A stretch of 64,000 bases of DNA from Styela clava (lineage: Eukaryota): assembly GCF_964204865.1 (NCBI RefSeq), contig NC_135257.1:21824001-21888000 (forward strand). Direction: 5' to 3'. The notes beneath the pieces are model-generated. The model saw only the letters and a list, made by a program, of their open reading frames with translations. It made no database searches and was not told the DNA's origin. Numbering within the stretch: position 1 is the stretch's first letter; every line of letters begins with the position of its first letter. The position numbers were made by a program, and so were the translations under genes. Below are positions 1 to 15,175 of this stretch, one piece after another.

Positions 1-3000
1 ATAATAATGTGTTATAACTTGTTATATATGATGACTTGATGAGTATTTATCCAGTTAGGGTTTAGTGGTGTAGATTGCGCTTGAAATTCAGATTTCCAAA
101 TTATTTCCGACCCGACTGGATATTTTATTATTACTGATTATTACTGATCCTTGTGCAAACGATCTAAACACAGTTATGTCTATAATGGCGTAAGATTTCA
201 CAAAATGTCGGCTCTTTTTTGAAAGTCTCTCTGTTGCCAGCAAACCAAATGTTTTTGTATGTTCTGTTCATTCGACCCGAACGATCCGGAAATTTTTGTA
301 TCATTGATTCAGGAGGAAATTGAGGGTTATTTGGGGTCATGGTTGAAAGGCTAGGAATACTTCTGTCGTTGTAGCCTAAATATATTTTGACTTCAATATA
401 CATTAGGAGCCGATACATTTAGAGCACATTATTTAGTTATGGCCATTCGCCTTTTTTAATTATTGAAAGAATAATAGGAATTCAAATATATCTATGTAAA
501 CGTGTATTTTCCCCATATGTATTAATATTGCTCGTGCTTTGAATTCTGTATCATGAGCACTTACAGTATTTCATACTCGTCAGACATAATCAATCGCATA
601 TCAAATATGATTTTAAAAGTTCACACCTGTAAACCTACATGATAGTGAATAAATACATAAATCACATCCAGAAACTAATAAAATTTAGCAGTAAATTTTT
701 CAATTCATAATTAATAAATCGCAGATCAAAGGTAAATTTATTTTTTTTTGGTTTTTCCCCCTTGCATCAACGAATAAATACATAACACGGTAACACCACA
801 TCCAGAGTTTAATAAAATTTAGTAGGGTATATTATGCAGAACCGGAAATATTCTATATCCACAAACTATATTATAGTTTACGTAACAATATCTGTGAAAC
901 TATATCTGGAAAATTAAGGTGTCATAAAACAAAATGTAATAGCACATTTCGTACTGACATATTTTGACGATAATTTTTCCTCACTGAATATAACACTGCA
1001 TGGCGCTATTGAACAGCTTTGTAGGTCGGGGTAAATTGATATCATGCTACGCTGCGCAGGTCTGAAGCGCTCAACGAGTTCGCCTAACATCGCGATGAAC
1101 GGGCCATATCAGTGAACACAGGTGACACGAAGTGTTGTTCTTGGGAAAAATTGATAGTCACCGCAGCTAATATACTAATCGATTACAAATTTTCTGTATT
1201 CTAAGATGGGAAGAATTCGCTACAAGGTTACTACTTTCATTTTTGACACGAGGCTCGATATTTTACGCAAAATTTTGCTGTTTTTCCACGATTGACAGGC
1301 ACACCTTTCTATGACATCTGGTCCATTCCTTCATATGACATTTACTACAATCCTTTAAAATTTGGATAAAATTCACCTTGCATCTCGATAGTCATTTTAC
1401 CTTTGTGTCTGCATTTAGAGCAATGCTCTCTTGCAGTGTGGGGTTTCATACACGATCTCTTTCAGCAAAGTTTTTTCTTTAAAAATCAAATTAATAAACC
1501 ATGGCCTAGAATCTATTACTTATATAATAAGGCCCAACACACTAATAGAACAGTATTTCCAACCTTTTTCTTTAAATTCCCCTTTAATCATTCCCCACCA
1601 TGCATAAAAAGTACTTTATTTATTCAATCTTTAAAGGATTCTTAGCCAGTGATACGCGCAAGTCGCATCCTAACTTTTGTACAGTTTAAGTATAGTTTAT
1701 AATGTGTGCATAAATAAGTATTATAGTATTAATATAGAACTAAAGAATATCGCAAATACATAACAAATTTCCTTCCCGATCATGTTAACAGCAGTCGCTA
1801 TATGATAGCCGATAACTTTATTAAATACAGAATTATTTAAATTAGTTAGAACTGCCGCTAGACCCAATAAGTGATATACTCTCTGGAGTGGAACAAATAA
1901 AAAACAGTACCACTTCCTTATTGCAACCAATTCATAGTTTAGAAAGGTCAAAGTTCGTCGTAACAATCGAACTCGTTTTGTAGGATCTCAGATACCAATC
2001 ACAATAACATGGTTATTTTGAAAATACTTTCACGCACCACGTCGGAATTGCAATGTAGTTTAGTCTTGGATTAGAATCGCTAAATCAGCAATTTTTAAAA
2101 TTTGAAATTTCTTATCATTTATTAGTATATAAAGAAATAACTCATTTTTCACTGTGCCTGTAAAATTTATGAATTTGGTATATGCTGTTGTTTTGTCATT
2201 TTAACAAACTAGACTAAGTAAAACAAGAAAAATCTCCTCTCTCCCGAAGCCCTGCGTTTATTTAGAGTTTGTAGAGACTTATAAACTAAAAATTGAATAG
2301 GTGATATTTGTTGAATACTGTAAAATTAAGGTTACTTTTGAAGATTTTTATTTTGTAATTAGTTTTATCTTTGAACTGAAAGGAATTACTTTTAAAGTTT
2401 TGAAAACAACGGATTTTTGACGAAACCGTGTTCAAAACATTCTTTCTAACAAAAATGGGTATTTTAGGGTTTGATTATTACGCAACAAAGGCATTAGTGA
2501 ATTCCATTGTTCGGATGTCATCCGCTGACATTTCTTACTTTTAGCATCTTCAATTGTTATAAAACAAAGGTCGTAAAGTTTAAGTCAAAACAAACTAAAA
2601 AGCGCGGGAATTTCACGATTTCTATGACCTTGACCACCCGCGACGTGACCTTGAGAATAAAATTGCCTTTCACGCTTCAGAAAGCTTCGAAAACGTGATT
2701 TATGGCTTTGGTTTATTTGTACTAAAATTTCGTCGAGAAATTTGACATTTTCTCCCATTAATCTTCGTCGGAAATGACACTGTCCTGACATTCTATCGGG
2801 TGCTATCACGTCATCGCCCCACCAGTAATTTCCAGATCGTTTTTCTGGTGTCAATATTCATTCCAAGTTAGGCTAGTTTCAAACTAGGGTATTTTTCTGC
2901 TATTGTCTCACCAATAATGTAATCTATTAATAATGTAATGTAATTAGGTAAATACAAACAAACATTGATAACCTAAGATAAAAAATTGAAGATGCAACGT

Positions 3001-4836
3001 CAATGTCGCATGTTGCATAGCATTTTTGTGTCTTGTAATACATAAATGTTTCTCTCATTGTTATTCAAAACGAGTGATTTAAAGAGCAATAACTGCGTTT
3101 GGACGATGTCTATCAATAATGACAATAGGTTTAATATTTTCACGAAATTTGACTAATCTAATGTGGCCAACGTGGCACCATCACCAAACGATCTGAAGAT
3201 GTACATTGTCGTCGCATGTCAAAGCGAGTATTGAGTCTTATTTGCGTCAAAATTGCTATATCTTGTAAATTGGTGGTCTTTTTTATTTTAGTAGTATTAG
3301 TAATGTTGAAGTTAATGAAAGCCTCAAAACGGCTTAAATGAGTTTTCCTGGGATGGTTTCATTACAACGGATATGGACAAATTTTTTTGAGAATTTTGTA
3401 TTCGAGAATCACCGGTGATGCATTCGTTCGAAATATTCTGTTTCTTTGCTGTGTGTATAAAGCCCATTTCTCCAATTAGTCATCGCGTATCATTATTTAT
3501 GTTCATTTCACCACAAAAAATGTCCTTGAGATCGTCCTATAATGGTCTGTAATTTTAGGTCACGTTATTTGATCACGTGGTTTATAATTTCAAAGCGCAT
3601 CGCTGAGGGAGTTTTCCAACTTACCGTGATGGGATTGAAATTGGGTTTGGTTACTATTGGGCATCATTGCTAGGAATCGCCCACTCTGATAATTGCCAAA
3701 GTGCCTGTTTAGTGTTTTTCTGGTTATTTTATGTTAGAAGTTTTCACGTCTTCACTTCAAACGAGTTTCTATACTGATAGGCGAAGAGCTACTCATTCAC
3801 TTCAAAGAAGGCTCTGTACGAGCGCCCCCTAATACATTAGGAACTACTATTTCGGGGGCAATAATTTTTTACTTTTCAAATTCCAATGGTGCTTTGTGTA
3901 CCAATAATTTTCTCATTTATTTTCTTTGATTTCGATTGTGTTCGATTGATATAGGTTAGGTTAAAATATAATCTATTTTAGCATAACCTCAGGAACGTAG
4001 AATCAAGGAATCCGAATCAGAAGAGAAGTGTTGGGGTGGTAACAGGATAGTATGATAGCTTTCATATGCATAATTGACTGCTTGTACGGGGCCTTGTGCA
4101 ATTGGATAACTATTCCCAATCCTAACTTGGACTATTATTCTAAGAAATCGCCGCACAAATATGCTATCGGCTTCCCTAATTCCCTGGATAAATATGAAAG
4201 TCTATTCTAATACCTGATTAACCATAGACCGTTGGCAGGTTGCTATATGATTAAGCCAATCTATGTTTTCTTCCTTCCTCTCAAGGAGATAAAGATGAAA
4301 ATCCTATCCTTCCACCTCATATCCACAACCATAGAAGGGTCAGCATTTTTGCGTCATTTTTGTCTGTCTTCGCATCGATAAACGTTGGGTTAAGTTACAT
4401 TTTATCACGGCGCCTCTTTTGCAATGAAGCCCAAAGATAACAAAGGCTTAATTGGGGGAATTTTGATTGTTTAGGTTGATGAATTGGGGTCGTTCTTGGG
4501 TAAGATTTATACTCTGTTAAATAATCGATATTTCTAGTTCGGGTAACAAGCTTGAAGGCTGTGGTTTTCTACCTTTTTGATGGTGCGGAACCCCCAATGA
4601 AACATTTCAAAGGCTCGAGGAACCCCTGTGCAGTTTAATATCTTTTATTGTCTGAATTGTATAAGCTATAAATATATATAATAAAATAAACAAGAGAAAA
4701 TGATCTTCAGAGGTAGCAAGTCCAGTAATACTGACAAACCTAATTGGTTGGTTATAATTAAACAGTATAAATACAGTATACTAATACAGATTATCAACGG
4801 AAACTTACTGAACACTTGGCTTTAGTTTTGAATGTG

Positions 4837-7166
4837 TTAACATTTAGATGTCTCGCTATTCATCGTCGATTATGAAGCTTGGAAATATAGATTAAATTGC
4901 ACGCGTCAGCAACTTCTTATCAGTGGCGGGAGTATGTCTGTCAACTAAATGTCCACTGGTCAGTTACGATATCTAGTTAGCATCACATGTTATCTTTAAA
5001 TGGACATTTATGTCTCGATATCGGGTCACCGCAGGTACGCTTTATTTGAAACCAATTTTGTCATTTGTCTACAACATAGTCACTTATTTATCTTTATTTG
5101 AGTTATCAATAGACTATGGACTGACAAATACAACGGAATATATTCATCCTGTTTGTGGGCCCGTGCGAATGTAATGAAAAATATTGCCACGCACCCCACA
5201 GTTACCCGAAACTTCAATTCAAAAATTGACAATCAATTGGGTATAGGCGCGACAAAGTACTTATCCTTCCCCTATGTGCTTCTGCGCAAGCGGATCCGTA
5301 TGCGTATATTACAAGGGTGCTGCAGCAGAAATATAGATTATTTTAAGTGCATATCACTCTCTAATCACATATATTATTCAAAACGAATATATATGTATTT
5401 TGTCTCTGCTTGGCTATATCCGGGCATTGCCATGTATCAAGATCAAACAAATTCGCTTGCGCTAGCGAAAACAAAAAGCAATTACAAAATTGCCAAAAGT
5501 TTACATAATGATACACAAATAAATATTCAATTGGTGTTTTGGGCAATTCCCAATTATTTCGAAATATCGGAAAATCGACGATCAATTGTTCATCATAACT
5601 GCTTCCTTATTTCTTCACAAATACTAACAATTGAAACGGTTATTAACAAACAAACAGCTTTCATTGTCGCCAGTTATATTTAGAAATTTAAAATTTGGCA
5701 CAATTAACTCGTGACTTATGACGTCACAAATACCGATGACTGGAAATGACATTTTTATGAAATTCAAGACGCTAGACTAATCACAGATATTTATTGAGAT
5801 ATATCAGATAATTTTAAAAATCGGCACTTACGTGGTTTCATACAATGTCCGATTCAATGCACCGGTAGTTCCCAACCTTTTATGGCTTATGACTCCCTTC
5901 CGGAGGCTTTTAGCACTTGTGGCTTATCATTTCAGTGGTGTTCATGGTGTTATATTTATTAGGAGATCACAAATCCTCTTATGTTCAAACAATTCATGCT
6001 AAACAAAGTGAAAACCCCGCGTACAATAACCTTATTTAGCGATGGAACTAGAAGAACGGGACGTTTTCTTGTAAGTAAAATCAGTTTTTCGCCCCCCTCC
6101 CCTCTGACTGCTGTGTGGCCTCCTTGGAGGTCCTTGGGCGCGCGATGGGAACCGATGCATTACATTCTAGGAGAAGCGGTGTGAAATTGGGCCAACGCCT
6201 TCACCGCTAAAGAGTTCAATTGAAAACGCATATCAAGGGTCTTACTGCTCACACAAATGTCTTTCTGTAAAGTTTAGTCTGATCAAAGACAGATTTACGA
6301 ATATATATATTTTTATTAGTGTGCATCAAGACTTTTGGTTCACTTAGAATAGTTAACTTTTTTTTTTTGATTCAGCATTCTTGCATTATACGCGCGCGGA
6401 TCCAGTCCAGAGGCATAGAAGAAGGATAAATAGTCCTTCAGCAACCTAACCTAACCTAAATATGGTAATTTTTCTATTCATTTTCGGTAATTGCTGTTTC
6501 AACTTTGAATGAAATGTGTCGAGTAATTGCCTGTGCCTGCTAATACAAATGAAACGTCTACTTTTACAAACTCCCACCAAGATTAGTTGGAGCCACTGAA
6601 GTCCCTGGCCACAAATCGAGTCGATGCTATTTAAATCATCCAGAAAACAAAAGTCGGTATCACGGTATCTCAAACTTATTGCAGCATCGCATGTAATCAA
6701 AATATTTATATGAGTTTTGTTTTATTTGGTATAAGACGTCATAGCAACATTTTGTGAATTTTAAATTAACATTTAGATGTTTTTCTATGCCTCGTCGATT
6801 ATGAAGCTTGGAAATAAAGATTAAATTGCACGCGTCGGAAACTTCTTATCAGTGGCGGGAGTATGTCTGTCAACTAAATATCCACTGGTCAGTTGGGATA
6901 TCTAGTTAGAATCATGAGTTATCTTCAAATGGACATTTATGTCGGGATATCGGGGTCATCGCCGGTGCGCTTCGGGAACCTAACGATATATGGTAATTTT
7001 TCTATTCATTTCCGGTAATTGCTGTTTCAACTTTGAATGAAATGTGTTGAGTAATTGCCCGCGCCTGCTAATACAAGTGAAACGGGTTAACCAAATCCCA
7101 TCGAGATTTAAAGTTCGAGCCACTGAAGTTCTTGGCCACAAATAGAGTCAATGCTATTTAAATCAC
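4837..7166. repeat. Local duplication A...B-A'-B'
   Basis: 4837-5042 matches 6766-6972; 6443-6640 matches 6978-7166. Confidence 0.85.
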
Positions 7167-7423
7167 CTGCCGATACTGACCAAATAAGCCAATCTTGACA
7201 TTTTGAAGGTATTGAATGCGGTATGACGTAATACGTTTTTTGCCTTTTGTATCATCGATCATTTTATAGTATTATCAGCTAAAAATGTAAAATTGAAACC
7301 GCATTATGATAGCACAGCAGACCATGTAATAAACGACGAATGGTTACAAACTTACAATATACAAAATAATAGAAGGGCTCGTAATATAGCGCTTTTCGGT
7401 ATTTTGGATAATACATGGTGGTC

Positions 7424-8023
7424 GCTAGAAAAGACAGAAAATCTGTCAAACAGTTTTTTTGATGCTCCCGAAGTATGCGAACCAAGATGGCGGACATCGG
7501 AACGTAACATGGGTAACAGGTTAGGGTTAGGCGATGATTTTTTTCCAATTTTCCTTATTTTAGTCCTATTATCAGTTCGAAGACTAGCCAAGAGCCTCCC
7601 GTAGTATTTATACCTAAAATTATGGCCCAACCCTAACCTAGTACACATATTACATTCCGATGTCCGCCATCTTGGTTCGCATACTTCGGGAGCCCCGTTT
7701 TTTTTTTACCAAGAATAACTTTTATAAAGTTTTTCAAAGGCATATGTTATGTACACTCATACATGCTCAAAATGTATACATACATGCTCGCGTAGCGTTT
7801 TGAAGGCTAACTTGTGGGATATCGTTTCAAGCTCTTCCCAAGCTCGTTTTCAAATTATCACGCTACACGAACTTGGACTTCTAGGTTAAGACACTGCTCT
7901 GAAGTGCACGTATGACATTTTGAGCATGTATGAGTGTTTTATAACATATGCTTTTGAAAAACTTTGTAAAAGTTATTTTTTGTAAATAAAAATAGCTGTT
8001 TCACAAATTTTCTGTATTTCTAG
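7424..8023. repeat. Long foldback inverted-repeat element interrupted by the Merlin-like MITE
   Basis: 7706-7775 is the reverse complement of ~7916-7990, and 7424-7460 of ~7990-8023. Confidence 0.7.
7461..7696 (-). mobile_element. Merlin-like MITE, long form
   Basis: ~40-bp TIR (GCTCCCGAAGTATGCGAACCAAGATGGCGGACATCGGAA), 8-bp TSD GTTTTTTT, internal TTAGGG; near-identical to 16515-16744. Confidence 0.85.
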
Positions 8024-8501
8024 AATTCTTTTCTGTGTGTAAAAATATTTAATATTTATAAAAATTTGGAGGCATCTTCAAATACAAAACATTCTGAAAT
8101 ATAGTGGCTTCTTACGTAAGTTTTTTCGCTGATAATTTGGCGCCGCACGAACAATAAGTTTGGGAACCGCTGGTATACAGGGTTGCTAATTAGTAATCGA
8201 TCTTGCCTAAGTAATAATTGTAACGCAGGCTATGTTACGAAACGTGTTGGTTTTCATGAATGGGCGACAAATCGATAGAGTTGCAACGTGGACGATTGTA
8301 TAGCAAGCGACGTTCTTTGATTTATGATTTATTTATTTGATATACAAGGGTACGTAAGACAAATAAATAACATTTGACTCTTGTAAGGGTTGTAAAGAAC
8401 CATGTTCGAAGTAAAAGAAGTAAAAATAGTAAATATAGAAATATGTAAAACTATGTGTTCATTTTGTTCTCGGAATTTCGTTGCGACTTACCCTTTTCGA
8501 C

Positions 8502-8789
8502 CAGTGGTTCCCAAAGTTGATTAATCGGGAGCCAGAATTAGAAGTTATGATATTGGCTGGTCGGGAGAGGGCAGCGCCTGCAAGGGCCGGTACCACTACA
8601 TATAATTAAGATATATATGTGTATATTCGAATTATTACGAATATACACGTAATTAAACTGTGATAATGACGTAACAATCGCCGGTATCTAGAACGCAAAA
8701 ATATAAAAACATAAAGTGTTCAACATATTCGGCCGGTCATATTATATCGTTACACGAGCCGTAATTGGCCCGCGGTTTGGGAACCACTA
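8502..8789. mobile_element. hAT-like MITE (CAGTGGTTCCCAAA ends)
   Basis: Terminal inverted repeats; relatives at ~57296-57616 and ~62178-62482; TSD not clear. Confidence 0.6.
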
Positions 8790-9417
8790 CACTTTAGTCT
8801 ATAAAAGTTGGGATTTCTTGATTTCAAAATATACCAAGACCTGTAAAAAGTACTTCCAGTTGGGAACCTCTGATTTATCGGTTCCAGAATATTATACTAT
8901 TAGGATATGATAATCCGGATTCAGCAATCTATCATTCTTGATAGAAATGCGACCATGACTTTGACAAGAGCTATTCATTAATTTCGTCTTACCCTTTGTT
9001 TCATCACTATCTGAATCTACTGAAATGGTTTCGTAGTATTATGAACTATCAATCTGCAAATGAAACTGCATTATGATACCATAATGCAAGTAATTAAAAT
9101 TCGAGAACTTGAATAAAAAGGCGGGAAATCTAATTTCCATATTGAATTTTATGAAGCGGGAAGTTTCGTATTCATGCTTTGAATTACACTCTTGCAAATA
9201 TCGTGAAATATTCCAACTTCCATAGTTAGTTGTTTCATGTGGATTAAATTGGATTAGATGAGCCTAACTGCTTTTGGGCACAGGGTTTTAATACTTAATC
9301 ACTCCGAATAAAGCACTGTAAAGCTGCCACTGCTACCCAAGCATCCTTATACTGGAAGGACTGTTTTTGGTTCGGCATTGCCTAACCAAATTCTTACGCC
9401 CTAGGTGAGGTGACAAT

Positions 9418-9831
9418 TAGGGTTGGGCATTTTCGAATACCTGATAACTTCAGAATCGAATCGAATAATTTTTTCGAATCGAATCGAATCTCGAATACTT
9501 GGGAGATATTAATTTGTATGTAGCTTTCTTATTATTTTAGGTCCTCCAGACACATAAATCACCGAAAACATAGAAGTCATCACTCAGGCAGATTGCTGAG
9601 CGTTCACACACAATATAAAAACACGTTTTCATCAATACCTCACTACAGAAAAGAGTCATATGTCAGAATTATATTAAAAAAGTATGGCTTCAATAAATAA
9701 AACGAGAAATTTACCTCGACCATTAGCGGAAAGACAAAAAACAAGATGGCGGCGATTCGAACTTTTGTCCTGAACCGATTTGAATAATTTCATATTAGAT
9801 TCGAATATTCGATTCGAAATGCCCAGCCCTA
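9418..9831 (+). mobile_element. hAT-type MITE (TAGGG ends)
   Basis: TIR TAGGGTTGGGCATTT/AAATGCCCAGCCCTA, perfect 8-bp TSD GTGACAAT, CGAAT subterminal repeats; relatives at ~10560-10881 and ~35194-35570 (minus). Confidence 0.88.
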
Positions 9832-10559
9832 GTGACAATGCGCTGGGACTAGATTTGTAACATATGATGCCAAGTTTAATGCTTTTAACACTAGGCCATA
9901 GGTTTTTAAAGTGCTGCATTCGGAGCCCCAGTGCTTCTTGAGAAAAACCCATGGAGCTCTCCGAACTATCCGTTCACTTAATAAAATACTGAATTGTCGA
10001 AAGAAACAATAACCGCAATAATAAAATTTGACAAGCAGCAAATACATCCGAGTCATTACCCATAAATTCCCAAAATCGTTAATCATGTCGCGAATTCGGG
10101 GGAATTTCTGTCCCTTAATCAGGATACATTGCGGTTTTACTTAACGACACCGTGTTTTGAGTAATTAGCAATCAACTCTATTATAGATTATTTATGTAAG
10201 GCCATGTATGGGCTATACATTAGCTACAATCTTTATCATCCCATCATGCCCGGTCAATCATTAATAGGTACATACCAGTTTGCTAAATATTAAAAATCGA
10301 ATAACACTAGAAGGAAACGTCTTGTTGGGGAAGTCGAATTTCCTTCTATTCGTTACTACTCGAATATCTTGATTGTGCCCTTTTCAAGGCTAAATTGCGC
10401 AATTTATCGCGAGTTCGCGATATTTAGGAATACGCTTGACATAATAAGTCTGATAATTGATTATTCTGTGTGTGTGTTCGTAGGCCGGAGGTAATTATTT
10501 ATAAAGAAATTACTGAACTGCCAGCAGTCGCTGGGCGGGTTGCGCAAGCAAGTAGAGCT

Positions 10560-10881
10560 GGCTGGGCATTTGAATATTTAATGCAGAATTGATTGATTGC
10601 AGAATCGAACCGAATATTTTTTTCGAATCGAATATCAAATACTTGAAGATATGTAGTTGTATATCTGTCAAGAAACTTGTTTCATCAATAATGCAATCGG
10701 ATGTAAAGAGTAGTCATATGTCAGAATTGCATTTTAAAAATTCGTGTTAATAAAAAAAACGAGGGATTCGCCCCGACCTGTCGCTAAAAAACAAGATGGC
10801 GACAATTCGGAACTCCCGTCTGAACCGATTCGAATAATTTACTATTTGATTCTAATATTCGATTCGAAATGCCAATCCCTG
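10560..10881 (+). mobile_element. Degenerate copy of the 9418 hAT MITE, nested in a SINE-like element
   Basis: Aligns along its length with 9418-9831. Confidence 0.7.
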
Positions 10882-13800
10882 CTGGTTGGTTAGGGCTTCA
10901 TTCCCCATCCCATTCCAGGCATATGCAATGGCTTGCTGGATAACTATTCACATATCCGACTTGTGACCGGACTATGCCAACATACGATTAAGTAGTCATA
11001 TCGACTTTTCTCACTCGGGATAAACATAAAATAAAAACATTATTTGCTATACACGTCCATGCATTTGATTTGATTCCATTAGTAAGTATTGTGTGGTTGG
11101 AATATTGTTACCAGAAAACAGAGTCAAAAGTTTCCCTATCCGGATTTGTATCCTATTTAAAACTCTTTTAACAAATTGGTCAAACAATTTGTTAATGAGT
11201 AGGAACTCCACTAGATTTCCCATTGTTTCAAATTTCGTGGTTAATTACCGATATTCAAGAGGCGGAGTCCAAAATTTCGTCTATCCGGATGCGAAGTTGA
11301 CTTCGGGGTTTTAAAGCCCGAATGAAGAAAATTGACCAAACAGTTTGTGAATGGGTGAGAACTCCTCTCGGTTGACTATTTGTGGTGAAAACAAAACTGG
11401 GGCTTTAAATCGTAAAGCGTAAACATGCTGTGTTGCTGTCACAAACATTGCAATATAAGTATGTCACTAAGGGCGATAGCTAAATCCAAATAATCTAATA
11501 CTCAATTAATCTATAATCGAATATATTTTACCTTGGGTAGTGTTCACATAACAGTCAACTTATATTCAATTTCTTTAAATTTCGAAATGCAGAAAAGTTA
11601 TGATAACGATTGGGTTTCTGCGAGACTATCTAGTTATCCTTCCATGCCTTTGCGCCGTATGCTTATACTTAAGATTTGACAAAGATTTTAATACTCTTTT
11701 ATTTTTATGGTTTTCAGAAAGTAATTTATAATCTTTTTTGGTTATTAATTCTAGATTAGAATTAGCTTCTTTGTAAACTTTATACACCAAAGTTATTTAA
11801 ACGGCTTGATTGCAGTTTATATTGTGATGTCATGGAAATCCCCGAACGTTTGTGTTGCAATAATGCAAGATAAATTTCAGTCATGGTGTCGTCTTCCGAG
11901 ACGACATTGACGCCAAGATTTAATCAAATTCTAATTAGCTTTTCAGGAATTCGCCATATGAATAAACATTTTCGATTAAACATGGCTCATTGATAATAAT
12001 ATCGTTTTGGGTAATTTTATCGCCGGTCATGCAAGATATAAGACACCAATTCATAGCCAGATTGGGAGGTACTTCACCGTAATGTCGCCCGAAACAAAGG
12101 CTTGTGGGATGTAAGGTGTGAAGTAACGTCTCGGTGGCGCGCGCCGGGTCGAATTGGACCCAATTTGAGTTCAGGGGGCCTTGAACTTGCCAAAAACTGG
12201 GGCCAGCTTAACCGGACCCCCCTTTGCGGTTGAATTTGACCCTCGGCTTTTTCGTGTAAAGTGTCGTCTGCAAAATTAAAGTTCATTGTGACGCATAATG
12301 CAGTACTTGACACTATTTTTAAACAACAATTGATTTAAGTATGCCGTCACAAATTTCCACTTCAAATGTGGCAGACCAATTTGTAAACCCATTATAAAGT
12401 AAATGAAGCGAGTAAATGCATTCTAAGATTGGATTTACAGACATGTAGGCAAATCGACTTTAAATTTAATTATTTAAGCAATTTTAGAAGAATTATCTAG
12501 CATATACATTTATTAAATAAAAAATTTTAAACTTATGATTTGAGCGTGTGTATCAGAATAGGCACGTAGTGGCATAAAATCAGGGCGTTTGATTACAATA
12601 TTCTTTGAGAAAACAAAACAAATTGTTATTTCACGAAGTAGTAACATTCTAGGCATTTCAAAGAACTCCGTAAATTTGCTGTGACATCGGTCTTCTGAAT
12701 GAGTGCACGTTGCCTTTCTAAGATTGGATTCACAGACATGTAGGCATTTGAAATCTTTTACTTTTTAAATTTAATTATTCGAGCGATTTTTAAAGATTAA
12801 ATTAGCCAACATACTGCTGCATACAGATTTTATGAATAAAATTTAAACAATTCAACTTGTTATTTTATGATATAGAAACTTTCCTGGCATTTCATTGAAT
12901 GCCGTAACTTCACCTCTGACATCGGTTTTGAAGAGAGAAATGCGTGTATATCAATGTAGGACTCGTAAAGAGGAGAATTGTGTAAAAAAGAACTGTGACA
13001 GCACAGTTACGTTCATAATTAATTGTAACCGGCCTTGCACTTTTTGGACACGAAGTGGACCTATGGATCGTTTTGTCACTTTGGACTTTTCTTCTTGTTG
13101 TGAAAAATCGTTTTTCTTTTCAACTACAGGGCCAATTTCAGTAGTTGAAGATTGTTGTTTTTGCTAGACGGCTATTACTTTTATTTTTGTCAAAAATTTC
13201 TGTCAGCTCGATGGAATTCGTTTCACTTGAAATTTTTACGTAATGACGCCATCAAAATTTCAAAAAATACACCCCGTGCCGTGATTCTGTAACCACATTT
13301 CAACGATTTCGTGGTTAGACTATCGATACTGTGAAAGATTTGATACTACTTTCATATATTTGAGCATCTTGCGCTTTTCCGCTCCGAGAAAGGCACTAAT
13401 ATGTAGAAAGCTATACTTCATTATAGAACCTTTCTGGTCCGGCTCTGCCTATTCAGTTTATCGCATCTTGGATAAGATGGTGTCGAGTGAAGCGATGCCG
13501 TCACAGTGAAGTTTATATCAGGGATGGCGATCCTTTTTAGAAAAATAGGTCGGAGCTTATATTTTTACTACGGAAAAGAAGAATGTGGGTCATACATATT
13601 TACCTTCAGTTTGCATCAATGAGAACTTCTTGTAACCATTTTTGCAAGTTTTATAATCCTTGGTTGTTAATGTAGTTTTGATTGTTAAGCACACAGCGCT
13701 TGTACAAGGACTGCAGCAAGTTCTTGCACTCGACTCGACGAATATGCATACATACAAATTACCGAAAAACGTTCATAATTCTACGGATAAAAAATCCAGG

Positions 13801-15175
13801 GGTTTGGAGCAAATCCGAACCCAGTCGGTTTCCTTCGCGGGGTAGTTCGTTGATAGCTTTAACTTAAAATCATCACCGGCCGGCTGCCAATCAACTAATA
13901 AATATCAAATATCTATTCTATCATTTGCGGTAACCAAACAAATAAAAAAATGTTTTTAAAAGTATAAAATTTCACTTGCGCTTTGTAATATTTTGCTTTA
14001 TAGTAAACTTTAATTACACACACTTTGGGACAAATCTATCCGCGAGCGATAAAAGGTTGATTATTCGCTGATTCGTAGATGGGGGTGTCAACAATAGGAC
14101 CCACTTACTGGGGGTATTGGGTTCCTTTTGATATAAGTTTTGACACTTTTAAAACAGGAAATTAGATATGTTACATTATTTCCATTTTTTTCTCTTTCTT
14201 TCTCTACTGTAAAAATGATATTTCTCAGCAATGCTTTTGAAATAAATTGTATATTTACCGTATTTTACATGTAATAATTCATACCATAAAGCACTAAGTA
14301 CTTGAAGTGATATGTGCTATTGATTGGATTTATGACCATCACGGTTATATGCCCACTCTTCGAAAGTATATCCTGGTAAGATATAAACAATAACAATTAC
14401 CGAAAATTCAAGTTACATTTACTGATTCTATTTCTAGTTTTCCCTCTTTTTTGTTTCATTTTTTCTTCAACAATCTATTCTCTCATATTTCCACGTTTTT
14501 TTATTTTCAGATCACACATGACTAAATTATATAGGCTTTGCCACATCTGCGGCCATACGTGTACCTGAGACATTTACTGATGAAATCTTTCAGATTGAAA
14601 ATCAAATTGAAGTCAGGACCATGTTTCCAGTATGGCCATAGATGGGTTCATTTATATTAAACATATAGGAGTTAATTAGCAAGCAAGAACATATATTGGA
14701 AATAAACAAAACATTACAAATGAAAAATGTTGAATAAACCAAAAATTCTCGATTGTTTAAAAATTAATTGCGTCATTAATTCGCTCCTTATCATTAGATG
14801 TAGAACAAAACTTGCTTGTGTATGAGCGACGACAAATTGTGTCATACCTGCCGAAGCTAGATCAGGGTATACTCATTATATATGGAACGAAACCCTACTC
14901 TCTTGTGTAACTATTATTCACTTTGTTTCTGGCCTATTTGTTATCGTAACCGCAATAATGGATCGAATAACAAAAACGCTGATTTGGTAATTGCTATTGT
15001 CTGTCCTGGCTTTTCTCCAAACCCTTAATGAGTCTTTTCAATGTATTCACCGCGATTAATGTTAACATGATAACAAGAGACCTAACTCTCGCTTAGTTGA
15101 TTTAATGGTTTAAAAAGGGGTTTAAATTCTAGCGCAATTTATTACACAGACAAGAATTTGAAGTTATAGAATATA

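Noticed and set aside
164-418. 84-aa ORF faintly like a TTF-type Zn-finger lead-in of hAT transposases
   Set aside because: Metal-binding residues and TIR context are not convincing.
5153-5683. Longest ORF (176 aa)
   Set aside because: Non-ATG start, no recognisable domain, composition typical of AT-rich non-coding DNA.
7352-7648. Recurrent MCTRLGLGHNFRY ORFs (also 16563, 25644, 56201) as a peptide gene family
   Set aside because: They are translations of the Merlin-like MITE, with inconsistent ends.
13805-13882. tRNA-like sequence on the minus strand (GGGTTCGGAT B-box-like)
   Set aside because: No cloverleaf; at most a decayed SINE head.
14511-14640. Exon after a strong polypyrimidine/ttttcag acceptor
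   Set aside because: All three frames hit stops quickly and there is no homology I can recognise.
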